From: Thermoplasmata archaeon
GTDB lineage: Archaea; Thermoplasmatota; Thermoplasmata; RBG-16-68-12; JAFNFQ01
Direction of reading: 5' to 3'
Assembly: GCA_041489255.1 (NCBI GenBank)
Contig: JBGPQV010000003.1
Span: 64,001-128,000, forward strand
DNA: 64,000 bases
Each line of letters opens with the position of its first letter. The first letter of the stretch is position 1. Made by a program: the position numbers and the translations under genes. Shown here in pieces: positions 18,801-28,036 of the stretch. A model generated the notes under the pieces. It made no database searches. It saw only the letters and a program-made list of their open reading frames with translations, and was not told where the DNA came from.

Positions 18801-20140
18801 CTGTCCTCATATCCGGTGGGATTGTTCTGCGTCTGGATTTTCCACCACCAGTTATGACTACCCCCAGGCTCGCTGGTGTACCTTATCCACCAACCCTGGT
18901 CATCACACCATGCCCAGAATGCCAAGATTGCCGTGTTTACATCAGGTTGACCATAGCAGGATCTCGTTGCTCCGGTGTACCTCACTTCAACACCATTCTG
19001 CGAATTCGCATAGATATGCGAATTCCTTATGTGACCATATGAGGTTTCGAGGTAGACCCCATGAACCGCATTCGAATACACATCCGTGTCGGACATCTCC
19101 ACTCGGCTGCCACTATAGGCTATCAGTCCAGATGAACCGCTATTCCTTATGATGGAATCATAAGAGTAAGAAAGATGGCTGTACTTCTGGAAAACCGCAA
19201 GACCACCCGAGTTGACAATCACCCCGGTACTCATTCCTTCTACGATGCTGCCTGTGACCTCAAGATAACCGGAATTGGAGAAGGAGTAATAGGGTGGGAT
19301 TTCCTCATATCGTTGGACAGTTGACCATCCGCCGTCATGAGCTTTGACATACAGGGCGCCTCCGGACCAAATCTCGACCCCAGTGCCAGAAGTACCCGGA
19401 TCTAATTTCAGAAAGCTGTGCTCAAGAGTCAAGCTTCCCGTTCCCTGGATTTGGACGAGACCGCTGACCGGTATGTCCTTATGCAGACAGTACTGCGCAT
19501 CCGTTATGATCCATGGTTGGCCCCAGGGCGGCCAATTGCACTTTTGCTTGCCAAGGATGGACGAACCCCCCCTTCTTTGATTCGGGACGTTCTTCGGATC
19601 TTGATCGGGTGGCAGAGACAGTCCACCTCCGCCTGGGCTCCTCGGTCCATCTCCAAGTCCGAGCATGCCGTCCCCGCCTGGAGGTTCGATTGGATTCATG
19701 GCATCAGGCATAGCAGTCTGTATCAGGGCAACATTCATCTGGAGACTGTTTCCGATTTGCGGGACAACAAACGCAGTGACATTCCAATCTGAGCCTCCGG
19801 TGGCGTTCAAGTCAAGAACATCGATCGTTATCATGTCGCCCCTTAGATAGCCGAGGCTGAAGTTTGCCAGATTCTCCATGTAACTGCCACCGTCAGCAGA
19901 TCCATACAACGTCTCGTTGGTTCGTTCATTGAGCAAGGTGAGGGCCGCGTACTGTGGCGGATTGTATGGGGATTTCGTCACATCTCCATAAACCCAGAAA
20001 TCGTCGAAGCCGAAGTCCCCGACCGCTTTTCCATTCTGTGTTGACAAGCTTAGGCCCGAGCATACAGTCATCGTCAACACAACACACACGCCTACCACTT
20101 TCAAGTCTACACCTCTCACGACATCAATCTCCTGCCTCAT
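15812..20140 (-). CDS. Large secreted right-handed parallel beta-helix (NosD/PbH1-type) protein
   Basis: Signal peptide and dozens of SPxIxxNxIxxNxxGI repeats; 1442 aa. Confidence 0.88.
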   Translation of the reverse strand: MRQEIDVVRGVDLKVVGVCVVLTMTVCSGLSLSTQNGKAVGDFGFDDFWVYGDVTKSPYNPPQYAALTLLNERTNETLYGSADGGSYMENLANFSLGYLRGDMITIDVLDLNATGGSDWNVTAFVVPQIGNSLQMNVALIQTAMPDAMNPIEPPGGDGMLGLGDGPRSPGGGGLSLPPDQDPKNVPNQRRGGSSILGKQKCNWPPWGQPWIITDAQYCLHKDIPVSGLVQIQGTGSLTLEHSFLKLDPGTSGTGVEIWSGGALYVKAHDGGWSTVQRYEEIPPYYSFSNSGYLEVTGSIVEGMSTGVIVNSGGLAVFQKYSHLSYSYDSIIRNSGSSGLIAYSGSRVEMSDTDVYSNAVHGVYLETSYGHIRNSHIYANSQNGVEVRYTGATRSCYGQPDVNTAILAFWAWCDDQGWWIRYTSEPGGSHNWWWKIQTQNNPTGYEDSATSPGATYYQDSSLWATYTLKIDSLPATTNEIFFGLSGANPTANPFTISNGPLVKGSWIEGNQKSGIYAYQSAPTVTENLWTGASGGVSGNQEFGVTGFESSPAIQQNSIRNNVFGGVASIFSYTSDPSYYVALNTITAPSSPATYSYGIYVYAELPFSRIKDNDVSGYWCGICFDYGQYYIIEGNDVHDSLVFGIYAFGVHSAPSSIAGNDVYSNPIGIDIRFSPSVTAEGNTIRQNSEVGIRVRSRYSWSGTTIDKPVVRNNPVYANTNLAGTAIGIQVVDDWDDRGEQQGQGCVIGATPLIDGNDIHDNDFGIRSMNSGPRMTNNNDVHENTWGIMVNGYYLDGPPHCSLSTTKVEAGIAGNLVRLNEENGIQISNSAAVVDGNTVEQNKFGIVVKGGGSPPTTPEISSNGIHSNVQSGIHSSFAAPEILLNIIDSNDIGVYLYGLVPGYPGSVPIITDNTIADNLRYGINVKECSAEIVGTQVDAQLITGNGLGHGFWIGAGVYLQDASPHIALNTIEGKVVWEQIGWLYRLSVRQDYGIFAYGASSPLIEDNYVGHHRLIDILLHGTLTGGPAATIVRNQLINNWWIGPSYGIFAAINDHSTIGSQNAGNTICARYASIAVNQALPTFPVIQANDLSDNCYWDYIDIQTIFSSPTIGGAETWMGNDLGGARFGIWEYDHSSSIISNNEISAGWMIAWGISAGVRIDKSSSTTVGPENEILNCPYGIEISGDARPTILDNSQIHSNSVGIHVAPSAGVNTQIQGNTIVSSSQYGIFLEGTSIVVGPSNHFGTQLTGNNIGVYVNSGSPTIQGNHIEGNAQAGIYIYTGSPTIEGNSITDNIGDGLLSDYATPIIGGSGLDSNTFSANAGWAIHMRGDEATNSGTLLNDNDLSGNEPRKVWQQWWLTLHITHAGRPYQGASAYSYCVELGVYEIQGSTNANGDISGWVTEYQTRYSVREYYHQTIGASIPGHDPWQEIVQIGGNTWIPHDFP

Positions 20141-20361
20141 CCTGTCGACATGACGTGTCGATCAGCAACAAGCGATAAGACACTGGAAGACTCAAACAAG
20201 AAGCTTGACCAGCCTGCTTTATTCAGGTTGGCCACTTTTTGGCCATACTACGCGACCTCACGGTTTTTTCAGGGAATCACCGAAGCGAACCTAGCTCCAG
20301 ATAACCGTCAGGATGACTTCAGCTCTCCAATGTCCAAACAGCGAAAAGGATCATTAGCATC

Positions 20362-20838
20362 ATGAATCTCGTGAGAGCGCATCGTGGCCTGATGTTCTTA
20401 TTGGACGAGGTGGATATATCCACCGCACCCTCTAATATGACCGAATCGCACAGATGGGCAATGTCCCACACCGGCAGGGACGCACCCCTCATCGCAATGC
20501 CGCGCCCGCTCGCAAGGAGCACTCTGGAAACGCTCGCTTTCTTCAGATACCACCATGAAGGTCGATGTGAGGATGTGGCACGAGTCACAGGGCTCTCCCA
20601 CAGGACGGCGAGAAGGAGATTGTGCCAGCTTGTCGAAATCGGAGTGTTGGATGCGGTATGGACAAAGACCTTTCCGAGCATGCGCAGGTTTCGACTGTTG
20701 GAGAATCATATTGACCTAGCACGCTCCGCCTCCACCTTGCTAGAAGAACCGCGAGGCATGGAATCACTCACCATCGGAATTGCCCCCATTGCTGAGAGGC
20801 GCGGCAAGGTGAGACGCGTGTCGGCAAAATCCAGGTAA
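20362..20838 (+). CDS. Winged-helix DNA-binding protein
   Basis: CEDVARVTGLSHRTARRRLCQLVEIGVL helix-turn-helix followed by a wing (RRFRL). The real start is probably a downstream ATG. Confidence 0.6.
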   Translation: MNLVRAHRGLMFLLDEVDISTAPSNMTESHRWAMSHTGRDAPLIAMPRPLARSTLETLAFFRYHHEGRCEDVARVTGLSHRTARRRLCQLVEIGVLDAVWTKTFPSMRRFRLLENHIDLARSASTLLEEPRGMESLTIGIAPIAERRGKVRRVSAKSR

Positions 20839-21023
20839 AGGGAATCACTCCCCGAAGAAGCGGATCGATGATCAAGGATTTAGACTCCTGAGTAAGCATG
20901 TTAGCTTCGTCGCCTGAGTATCGAAAGCATCAAACACCAGAAGGAAAAAGGGTACCGGAAACGCGTGGATGTCGCCCAGTACCCCGGGCATTTCTCCAAA
21001 CAAGGCCTGCCTCGGCTTGCCGC

Positions 21024-21386
21024 TCACCGGCTCATCACCGCAACACCGTGCAGCCCCCAGCTTTCAAGGTTCGACAGGGCGCGCCACTTCAGCGGCCATG
21101 GCACGCACACCCTCGTCTCCCCCTGTTCGAGGGCCGCGCGGATCCTGTCCCTCGTCTCGGCGGAGTCCACGTCGCGCTCCAGGAGGACCAGCACCCTCAC
21201 TGCGTGAGAGAACTTGGTGGCGAGGATGTCGTGCAGCCTGGCTCCCCCCTCCAATAGAGGCTCGGATACCCATGACACCGAGAAGCTCTCCTCCTCCAGG
21301 AGGTCGCTGCAGCGGTCGAGGGCTTCCTGTAGGTCGTCCTCCATAACACTTATTGCCTTCCGCGAGAGGCTCTGCATGGCTTGCAT
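21024..21386 (-). CDS. Hypothetical protein; degenerate PD-(D/E)XK-like paralog of 24478-24837
   Basis: Ungapped alignment to the 24478 protein over ~66 aa (shared DI, ETR, V-x-x-P, G); divergent from the STAND gene across a shared TTTAAG box. Confidence 0.65.
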   Translation of the reverse strand: MQAMQSLSRKAISVMEDDLQEALDRCSDLLEEESFSVSWVSEPLLEGGARLHDILATKFSHAVRVLVLLERDVDSAETRDRIRAALEQGETRVCVPWPLKWRALSNLESWGLHGVAVMSR

Positions 21387-21440
21387 GCTACCTACGTTCC
21401 CTTCGTGACATTTAAGCCTCACGTGGAACTATCCACTTCG

Positions 21441-24023
21441 ATGGCCCTTCGCGTGAACCTGCCGGAGCGGTGCCTGCTCTACCTCCTCGACCGGGCCGGC
21501 GCGAGGGGGGACGATTCGGACGCGGAGAAGCTCGCGCAGGCTTCAATCGCGGAGGCCCTCCACGCCAGGCAGGCGCACGTCTCCAGGGCGATGCGGCGGG
21601 TCTGCGCCAGGGGATGTGCGAAGATTGTGAAGATCCACGTCCGCGGCAGGGGCAAGCGGAGGCTCGCGTACATGCTGACGAGCAAGGGCCTGCGCGAAGC
21701 CAAGGAGCAGCGCCAGCGCCTCGAGGACGCCATCGTGAATGTCATCGACCTAGAGGGGAGCGAGAAGGAAATCCGTCTTCGCGAGGTGTACGCGCTCCTG
21801 CCACGGCGCCCGAGGATCTCCGACCTGATAACAAACCTTGAGGATGGACGCCTGGACCTGCGACGCTTCGTCGCCTGGCAGGGGCGGATGTACGGGGGGA
21901 AGGTCTACGACGTGCGCGAGGCGATCACCGTCCCGCACTTCACCGGTCGGGCGGAGGCTGTCTCCCGCCTCGACGAGTTCATGGGCGAACCGAAGGCGCG
22001 CGGTTTCCTGCTCGTCGGCCTCCCGGGAGTCGGGAAGACCGCGGTCGCGTCAAAATGGGTCGACAGTCTCAGAGGGCGGGTGCATGTCTTCTGGCGGAAC
22101 GTCCGCAGGGACATGGAGGCGCGCGACATGCTTTCCGATCTCGCGGACATGCTGCAGTCCGTCGGCCGACCTGCCTTGTCCGAATACCTCGGCCGTCCTT
22201 CGGAAGATGGCCGGGACTTCTCCCTGGATCTACTCAAGCGAGACCTCACCGGGCTTCGCGTCCTGCTGGTCCTCGACAACGCCCACCTGGGGCGGGAGGG
22301 CGTCGCCGGACTGGTGACCGGAATCCTCAATCTCGAGCCCGCGCCGGACAGCCCGAAGGTGCTCCTCCTTGCCCGGGAGAGGGTGCCATTCTGCACGGCC
22401 GAGGACAAGGCGCTGGGGAGGGTGCGCGAGTTGGAACTGACGGACTTGCCGCACTCCGAGGCGAGCGCGATGCTGAAGGCGATGGGTGTCAGCGATGACC
22501 GCCGTGATGTCATCCTGGAAAGATGCGGCGGGAACCCGCTCTCCCTCGAGCTGGCGGCTAGCGGCGCCATGCCCCTGGAGGCCATCAAGCGCACCTCTGC
22601 CGATCGGCTCATGCAGGACGTGCTATCCAGGCTCTCTCCCGAGGTTCGCGACACGCTCGCGTTCGCTGCGATGTTCGAGGGAGCGGTGCCCCTGGACCTG
22701 CTTGGCGGGCATGCCTCGGAACTCCTCAGGCTCTGCGTTCTCCGTGAAGAGGAGAGTGGCGTGGGGAGCATGCACGACATCGTGCGAGAGGCCGCGCTCC
22801 GCGACATACCGCCTGACCGACTCATCAAACTCCATGTGAGCGCGGGCGACTTCTACGCGCGTAGTCATGACCCCGGCGACATCCTGAGGGCTGTCAGGCA
22901 TTTCGTGGCCAGTGCGGCGGACGAGGAAGCCCAGGAGCTCGTTGCCGACCGAGGACAGGACATCATAGACGCGGGGCTGGCGGGGAGCCTGCTCTCGCTC
23001 CTCGACCGGCTCGCCTGGACAGCGAGGGACAGCAGGCTGGGCAACAGGGTCACGCTCCTGCACGGCAACGCGCTCTTCGCCCTGGGCCGGTGGGTCGAGG
23101 CCGCCCGCGAGTACGAGAAGTGCTCTTCGGCAAGCGACCCTTCTATGGCGGCTGAAGCGATGCTCGGACGGGGGAAGGCCGAGGTGCAGCGCCGCTCCCC
23201 CTTGGCCCTCCAGCACCTGACGGCCGCTCAGGAGCAGCTTGAGAGGATGGGCTCCCTGCGGCTACTCGCAGAGGCCCAGTACTGGATCGGTGGCGTCCAT
23301 GAGGACGCGGGACGGCTGGACGAGGCGCGGGACGCCTTCGAGAAGGGGCGGGCCATCGCATTCAGCATGGGAGACAGGCGATGGGAGGGGCTGTGCAGGT
23401 ATGGCATAGCGCGCGTTCACCATCTTCAGACTGACGAAGCAAAGGCAGCCGAGGAAGCGATGGAAGCCCTTCGACTGCTTGAACGCGAGGGTTACCGCCT
23501 CGATATTGCGAAAGTCTGCGCAGCCCTCGGCGGTGCCCTGATGGCACTGGGTCGGAAGGATGAGGCCGATTCCTTCATCGTCAGGGCTGTCAATGAGGCG
23601 AGGGCCACTGGCGCCGTCGGCGTGTTGGCGTCGAGTCTGTACAATCTTGCGAGCCTGAAGCAGGTGACGGACAGAATGGAAGAAGCAGTCCCACTTCTGG
23701 AGGAAGCTTTGGGGCTCTTCGAACAACTAGAGAAGTATGACGAAGCCGCATGGTGTGCGGCTTGGATTGCTTCGGAGGACTGGTTGGCCGGACGTGTGGA
23801 ACGAGGAGACTTATACGCGTCTCACGCGAATCAGTTGATCTCACGAACGACCGAGCCAACTCTACGCGTTCGAGCACTTCGAAACTTTGCCCGCGCCGCC
23901 ATGAGAGCCGGCCGCAAAGGCGATGCGAGTCTACACCTGAAGCAAGCTATCGCGGAAGCGCGAGCTGCGGGGCTAGAGAAGTCGTCGGCCGATCCTGCAA
24001 ATGAGCGGGAGAGTATCGGCTAG
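21441..24023 (+). CDS. wHTH-STAND NTPase-TPR signal-transduction/regulatory protein
   Basis: N-terminal wHTH (QASIAEALHARQAHVSRAM...YMLTSKG), FTGR, Walker A GLPGVGKT, Walker B LLVLDNAH, GxP motif CGGNPLSL, MHDIVRE, C-terminal TPR-like repeats. Confidence 0.9.
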   Translation: MALRVNLPERCLLYLLDRAGARGDDSDAEKLAQASIAEALHARQAHVSRAMRRVCARGCAKIVKIHVRGRGKRRLAYMLTSKGLREAKEQRQRLEDAIVNVIDLEGSEKEIRLREVYALLPRRPRISDLITNLEDGRLDLRRFVAWQGRMYGGKVYDVREAITVPHFTGRAEAVSRLDEFMGEPKARGFLLVGLPGVGKTAVASKWVDSLRGRVHVFWRNVRRDMEARDMLSDLADMLQSVGRPALSEYLGRPSEDGRDFSLDLLKRDLTGLRVLLVLDNAHLGREGVAGLVTGILNLEPAPDSPKVLLLARERVPFCTAEDKALGRVRELELTDLPHSEASAMLKAMGVSDDRRDVILERCGGNPLSLELAASGAMPLEAIKRTSADRLMQDVLSRLSPEVRDTLAFAAMFEGAVPLDLLGGHASELLRLCVLREEESGVGSMHDIVREAALRDIPPDRLIKLHVSAGDFYARSHDPGDILRAVRHFVASAADEEAQELVADRGQDIIDAGLAGSLLSLLDRLAWTARDSRLGNRVTLLHGNALFALGRWVEAAREYEKCSSASDPSMAAEAMLGRGKAEVQRRSPLALQHLTAAQEQLERMGSLRLLAEAQYWIGGVHEDAGRLDEARDAFEKGRAIAFSMGDRRWEGLCRYGIARVHHLQTDEAKAAEEAMEALRLLEREGYRLDIAKVCAALGGALMALGRKDEADSFIVRAVNEARATGAVGVLASSLYNLASLKQVTDRMEEAVPLLEEALGLFEQLEKYDEAAWCAAWIASEDWLAGRVERGDLYASHANQLISRTTEPTLRVRALRNFARAAMRAGRKGDASLHLKQAIAEARAAGLEKSSADPANERESIG

Positions 24024-24373
24024 CCGGTTGTGCAGATTGCTGGCGTAGACTTCTCAGATTCGACAGAGCCGTAGACGGCGGTTATTGCGAAACTGTAGGT
24101 TACTGAATTGTAGAGGCCTAGGACTGCGAACAGGGTTGCTGTTGCAAGTTGTGTGTTGACCTTGCTGTAATCGGACTCGCCCGATGCCTTCTTGTATACG
24201 TTGTAACCGGACAAACCTCCACCCGTCACAGCCTCCCAAGATACATCCGCCGAGTTGGCGGCGCAGACCGCTGTCACCGACTTGGGCGTGGAGTAGCCCA
24301 TTCCTTCATCCGCAACGGCGACACCTGCCACCGCCAGACACACGACCAGAGCCAGGATTCCTTTCAGGATCAT
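24020..24373 (-). CDS. Small secreted fibronectin type III domain protein
   Basis: Signal peptide, VSWEAV, GYNVYKK, YSFAITAVYGSVESEKS. Confidence 0.8.
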   Translation of the reverse strand: MILKGILALVVCLAVAGVAVADEGMGYSTPKSVTAVCAANSADVSWEAVTGGGLSGYNVYKKASGESDYSKVNTQLATATLFAVLGLYNSVTYSFAITAVYGSVESEKSTPAICTTG

Positions 24374-24477
24374 GGTACACCTGGCCAGGTCTTGGCGTCC
24401 AAGAGGATGAAAGCGCGGTGGATATATCCACTGAGGGATTAAAATGGAGGATGAGGGTTTTCTGCGTGGCGTTCACC

Positions 24478-24837
24478 ATGCGAGTAAGTCCAAGAGACAC
24501 GGTGCTTCACGACCGGATGCTCCTGCTGCAGATCCAGACGTACCAGAAAGAGGGGTCGAGGGTGGTGGCCGCGGACCTGGACGGCTGGCCGATGCCGCCC
24601 ATGGTGGGCAGGCACGTCCCCGACATCATGGTCGAGTTTCACGGGAAGGTGGTCTACAACGAGGTGGAGACCTGCGAGACGATCGAGTTGCCGGAGACGA
24701 GGGAGCAGCTCGAGGACTTCGCGGAGCGGGCGACGCTGCATGTCACGATTCCACAATCCTGCCTGGAGACAGCTAGGCGAATCACAGCCGAACGGGGCAT
24801 CGAGGTCGAGACGTTCTGGCCCTACGGCGGGACGTGA
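24478..24837 (+). CDS. Small PD-(D/E)XK restriction-endonuclease-fold protein
   Basis: HDRM...ADLDGW.MP...HVPDIMVEFHGKVVYNEVET: PD...EVE core. Start set at ATG 24478, about 30 nt after ATTAAAAT. Confidence 0.7.
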   Translation: MRVSPRDTVLHDRMLLLQIQTYQKEGSRVVAADLDGWPMPPMVGRHVPDIMVEFHGKVVYNEVETCETIELPETREQLEDFAERATLHVTIPQSCLETARRITAERGIEVETFWPYGGT

Positions 24838-24859
24838 GACTACGCCGGTTGAGTCTGAA

Positions 24860-25453
24860 ATGCTCGAGATGAAGCGAAAGGTGTGCCTGGTCGGGGACGA
24901 GGGAGTCGGGAAGTCGTGTCTCATCCGCCGGTTCGCGTGCAACACATTTGACGAGGCCTACATCAGAACCGTTGGCACCATGGTTTCCAAGAGGGAGGTC
25001 GATCTCCCGGAGATGGGGTGCAGGATCACTCTGATGATCTGGGACATCATGGGCCGCAAGGACTTCATGGAGCTGTTCAAGGCTGCCTACTTCAACCACG
25101 TCAGGGGAATCGTTGCGGTGTTCGACCTGACCAGGCCCAAGACGCTCGACTCGCTGGATGATTGGATACGCAGCGTGCAGTCGTCCGTGGGCAAGATCCC
25201 GACCGTCGTCATGGCCAATAAAGTAGACTTCGAAATGGCAGACCGGTCGCTCGACGAAGACATCCAAGGATTCTGCGACTCGCATGCCCTCCGGTTTCTC
25301 AAGACCAGCGCCAAGACCGGCGAGAACGTGAAGGAGGCCATCAGTTACCTGGCGAGGGAGATGGTGACGGATGAGGAACAGGGAAGGACCTCGCCGCCTC
25401 TCGAGTCCCCATTGATCGCCTCACGCTCGCCTACGCGGGGGCGGACCGTCTGA
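24860..25453 (+). CDS. Rab/Ras-like small GTPase
   Basis: G1 GDEGVGKS, G2 YIRTVG, G3 IWDIMG, G4 NKVD, G5 TSAKTGENV. Confidence 0.93.
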   Translation: MLEMKRKVCLVGDEGVGKSCLIRRFACNTFDEAYIRTVGTMVSKREVDLPEMGCRITLMIWDIMGRKDFMELFKAAYFNHVRGIVAVFDLTRPKTLDSLDDWIRSVQSSVGKIPTVVMANKVDFEMADRSLDEDIQGFCDSHALRFLKTSAKTGENVKEAISYLAREMVTDEEQGRTSPPLESPLIASRSPTRGRTV

Positions 25454-25790
25454 TGTCGCGCCATGGCGATTTCCAAGAAGTTGTGCTCAGTGGAGTCAAT
25501 CCGCCGATGTCACTCATCCTCACCCATGCGTGACTCTGTTCGAAGGGACATCTGGAAAAATGAGACCGTCCACAATTAGAAAGGATGGTCTCGTTGTGGA
25601 AGGATGCTTGCGTGACGTGAACCTACTGAAGCAGATTGCGGTTGCGGACGCATCTGATGTCTGCCAGCACATCCCATCATGAAGGAGAGGGATAGCGGAC
25701 GAACCGACCATCGAGCCTATATGGAGACCCAAGCCATAACCTCGCCATGCAGAAAGGCTTTATTGCGTGGAGGAGCCTTCTTGCACCCGC

Positions 25791-26249
25791 ATGTCATTCG
25801 TCATCCAGACGCAGGTGCTCCTGCCCAACCGCCCTGGCGAGCTCGAGAAGCTTTCCCGCGCCATCGCCGAAGCCGGCGTGAACATGCACGCAATAATGAT
25901 GCGCGAGGACATAGGTGGATCAACGGTGCGGATCGTCCTCGACAAGCCCAAGGTCGCGAGAGACGCTCTGGTCAAGCACAGCTTCGCCGTGACTGAGTCG
26001 AAGCTCGTCGGAGTCCTAATCGCCGATCAGCCGGGCGAATTCTGGAAAGTATCGGCCGCGCTTGCCGCGCACGGCGCAAACATCCAATACTCCTACACCG
26101 CCGCCAAGCCCGTCCACGGGAAGGTCGCATTGCTGATCGCAATCGGAGGATTGCCGCCAGAGCGCGCGGTCGAAGTACTCGAAAAGGAAGGCTTCGAATG
26201 CGTCGATCACGCAACGCTAATCGCCGCGGCGTCGAGGCCCAGCTCCTGA
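25791..26249 (+). CDS. Tandem ACT-domain protein
   Basis: LPNRPGELEKLSRAIAEAGVNM and IADQPGEFWKVSAALAAHGANIQYSY ACT signatures. Confidence 0.88.
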   Translation: MSFVIQTQVLLPNRPGELEKLSRAIAEAGVNMHAIMMREDIGGSTVRIVLDKPKVARDALVKHSFAVTESKLVGVLIADQPGEFWKVSAALAAHGANIQYSYTAAKPVHGKVALLIAIGGLPPERAVEVLEKEGFECVDHATLIAAASRPSS

Positions 26250-26344
26250 ATGCTGGATGTCACGTGACCGGGATGAGAAATGATACGAGAACCTGCAGCA
26301 AGTCTCCGCCATCCCATTGTCGACGCAAGTCTTTGGACGTGATC

Positions 26345-27070
26345 CTATCTTCGCTTGCTGTTCCTTCTCAATTCCTCCCTGAAGCTTTTGGACGCTCGCT
26401 CGGTCGCGACCGTGATCATGACCGGCGGCAGTCCCTTGACGTGCTTCCTCAGGAATGCCTCTGTCCTCCTCTGGTCCTTCTTCCAGCACTCCCTCAGCCA
26501 TGTCCCCACCGCCCTCTGGACCCAGAACTCGTCGTCGTGAAGGAGCTTCTCCAGCAGCCTGAATGGTTTGTCCAGCTCCCGCGCGCTCACGAACTCGCTG
26601 AGCGCGTAGGTGGATGCCCGCCGCCGCCAGAAGTGCTCGGCTCTCGTCCACTTGATCAAGTCTTTGAACTTCGCGGGATGCGAGTGCACGTACGCGCTGA
26701 CCGGACCCGACGCGAGGCCATCGCTGAGCGCCCAGCCGATCGCCTGATCCACCATCTTGTCCATCAGCTTCCAGGAGGACTCGTCCAGGACCGCCTCGTT
26801 CCTGCTGAGGACGCCGATCGCGAAAGCCTTCTCCTCCCATGTGCCGCCAGACCAGAGCACCTTCGCCAGCTCGTTCAGTTCAGCGGCTTTGAGTCTCGGC
26901 TCCCTGCCCCTGAATTCCTTGTGCAGTTCCCTGAATTGCGGGGTCGAGAGGCCGAGCACGGGATAAGGCGATCCGATGTAGGCCTGCATCTTGGAGTCCC
27001 CGCCGGGCTTTCCAAGTGCCTTGAGGCGCGAGACGATCCACGCCCTCTCCGCCCTGACGTCGACTGCCAT
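26345..27070 (-). CDS. DNA alkylation repair protein (AlkD-like HEAT-repeat family)
   Basis: MQAYI...LGLSTP, WALSD, HFWRRRA, DDEFWVQRAVGTWLRECWKK. Confidence 0.88.
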   Translation of the reverse strand: MAVDVRAERAWIVSRLKALGKPGGDSKMQAYIGSPYPVLGLSTPQFRELHKEFRGREPRLKAAELNELAKVLWSGGTWEEKAFAIGVLSRNEAVLDESSWKLMDKMVDQAIGWALSDGLASGPVSAYVHSHPAKFKDLIKWTRAEHFWRRRASTYALSEFVSARELDKPFRLLEKLLHDDEFWVQRAVGTWLRECWKKDQRRTEAFLRKHVKGLPPVMITVATERASKSFREELRRNSKRR

Positions 27071-27095
27071 GCGGCGGGAGAATGAGTAAAGTTAT

Positions 27096-27884
27096 CTAAC
27101 CGTTGCGCCCGATCATGTCCAGGACGAAAGCCAGCGACTCCCCCGTGTCCACCCTGTAGTTGTTGTTCGTCGACTTGCATGGCGCGTCTCCCCAGACAGT
27201 GAGCGCCACTATCGTCTCAACTCCCGCCATGTCGCGATACAGCGTCGGTCCGCCTGAATCACCGTAGCACGTCCCGCCATAGCCCAGGTGCACGTTTCCA
27301 GACATGTACAGCCATGCGTTGTGCAATGACCTGAATCCCGATGTGGAGTACCATCTCGCATCAGGACCGGGCATGGATTTCCTGTTCGGCGGCATGCTCT
27401 GGTCCGCACCATATCCGACGTTGATGAAAGTGGCATCCTTGAGCAATCCTTTCGCGTACAGCTCGTCCAGGAGACCCTCTGATGGAAGGGTTCCTGGTGC
27501 CACATCCGCGACCCGTTCCTTGAGAACGAGTACTCCGATGTCATGCGGGTCTGACCACGACCCCCCATAATCGGGGTGCGTGTAGGCCTCGCTCACCTCG
27601 AGCCACACCGCGTCGGCCGCCCAAATGTCGCGAGAGAAAGTCACTCGCACATCCGCCAGCTGAATCCCCCCGGTCGAGAAGTCCGTCGTGCAATGACCTG
27701 CCGTCAGGAATACCTTCGGCGACACCAGCGACCCCGAGCAGTATTGGTACCACCCGCCACTCCATCGCACGATGATCGCCCCTCCGTATGTATGGCCATG
27801 ATCAGGGTAACCCCAGGTGATGGCCCCCGCGGGAGTCGAAAAGGCGACAACTGCCATCATGACCGCGATTCCAGCAAGACCCAT
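27096..27884 (-). CDS. Secreted trypsin-like (S1) serine protease
   Basis: Signal peptide; CSGSLV, LTAGHC (His), HDIGVL (Asp), CYGDSGGP (Ser). Confidence 0.92.
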   Translation of the reverse strand: MGLAGIAVMMAVVAFSTPAGAITWGYPDHGHTYGGAIIVRWSGGWYQYCSGSLVSPKVFLTAGHCTTDFSTGGIQLADVRVTFSRDIWAADAVWLEVSEAYTHPDYGGSWSDPHDIGVLVLKERVADVAPGTLPSEGLLDELYAKGLLKDATFINVGYGADQSMPPNRKSMPGPDARWYSTSGFRSLHNAWLYMSGNVHLGYGGTCYGDSGGPTLYRDMAGVETIVALTVWGDAPCKSTNNNYRVDTGESLAFVLDMIGRNG

Positions 27885-28036
27885 AGTAACTGGGCCGGAC
27901 CTTCTTCCAGAATGCACTCGAAACCCCCTCTCCCGTGGATTGACGCTTGCGTAGATAAAGATTGACCAGGCCCTTTGCTGCGTCGAGATTCAAACGGAAA
28001 CTTACAAGAACTGTCAGAGCCTACGAGAAACGACAA

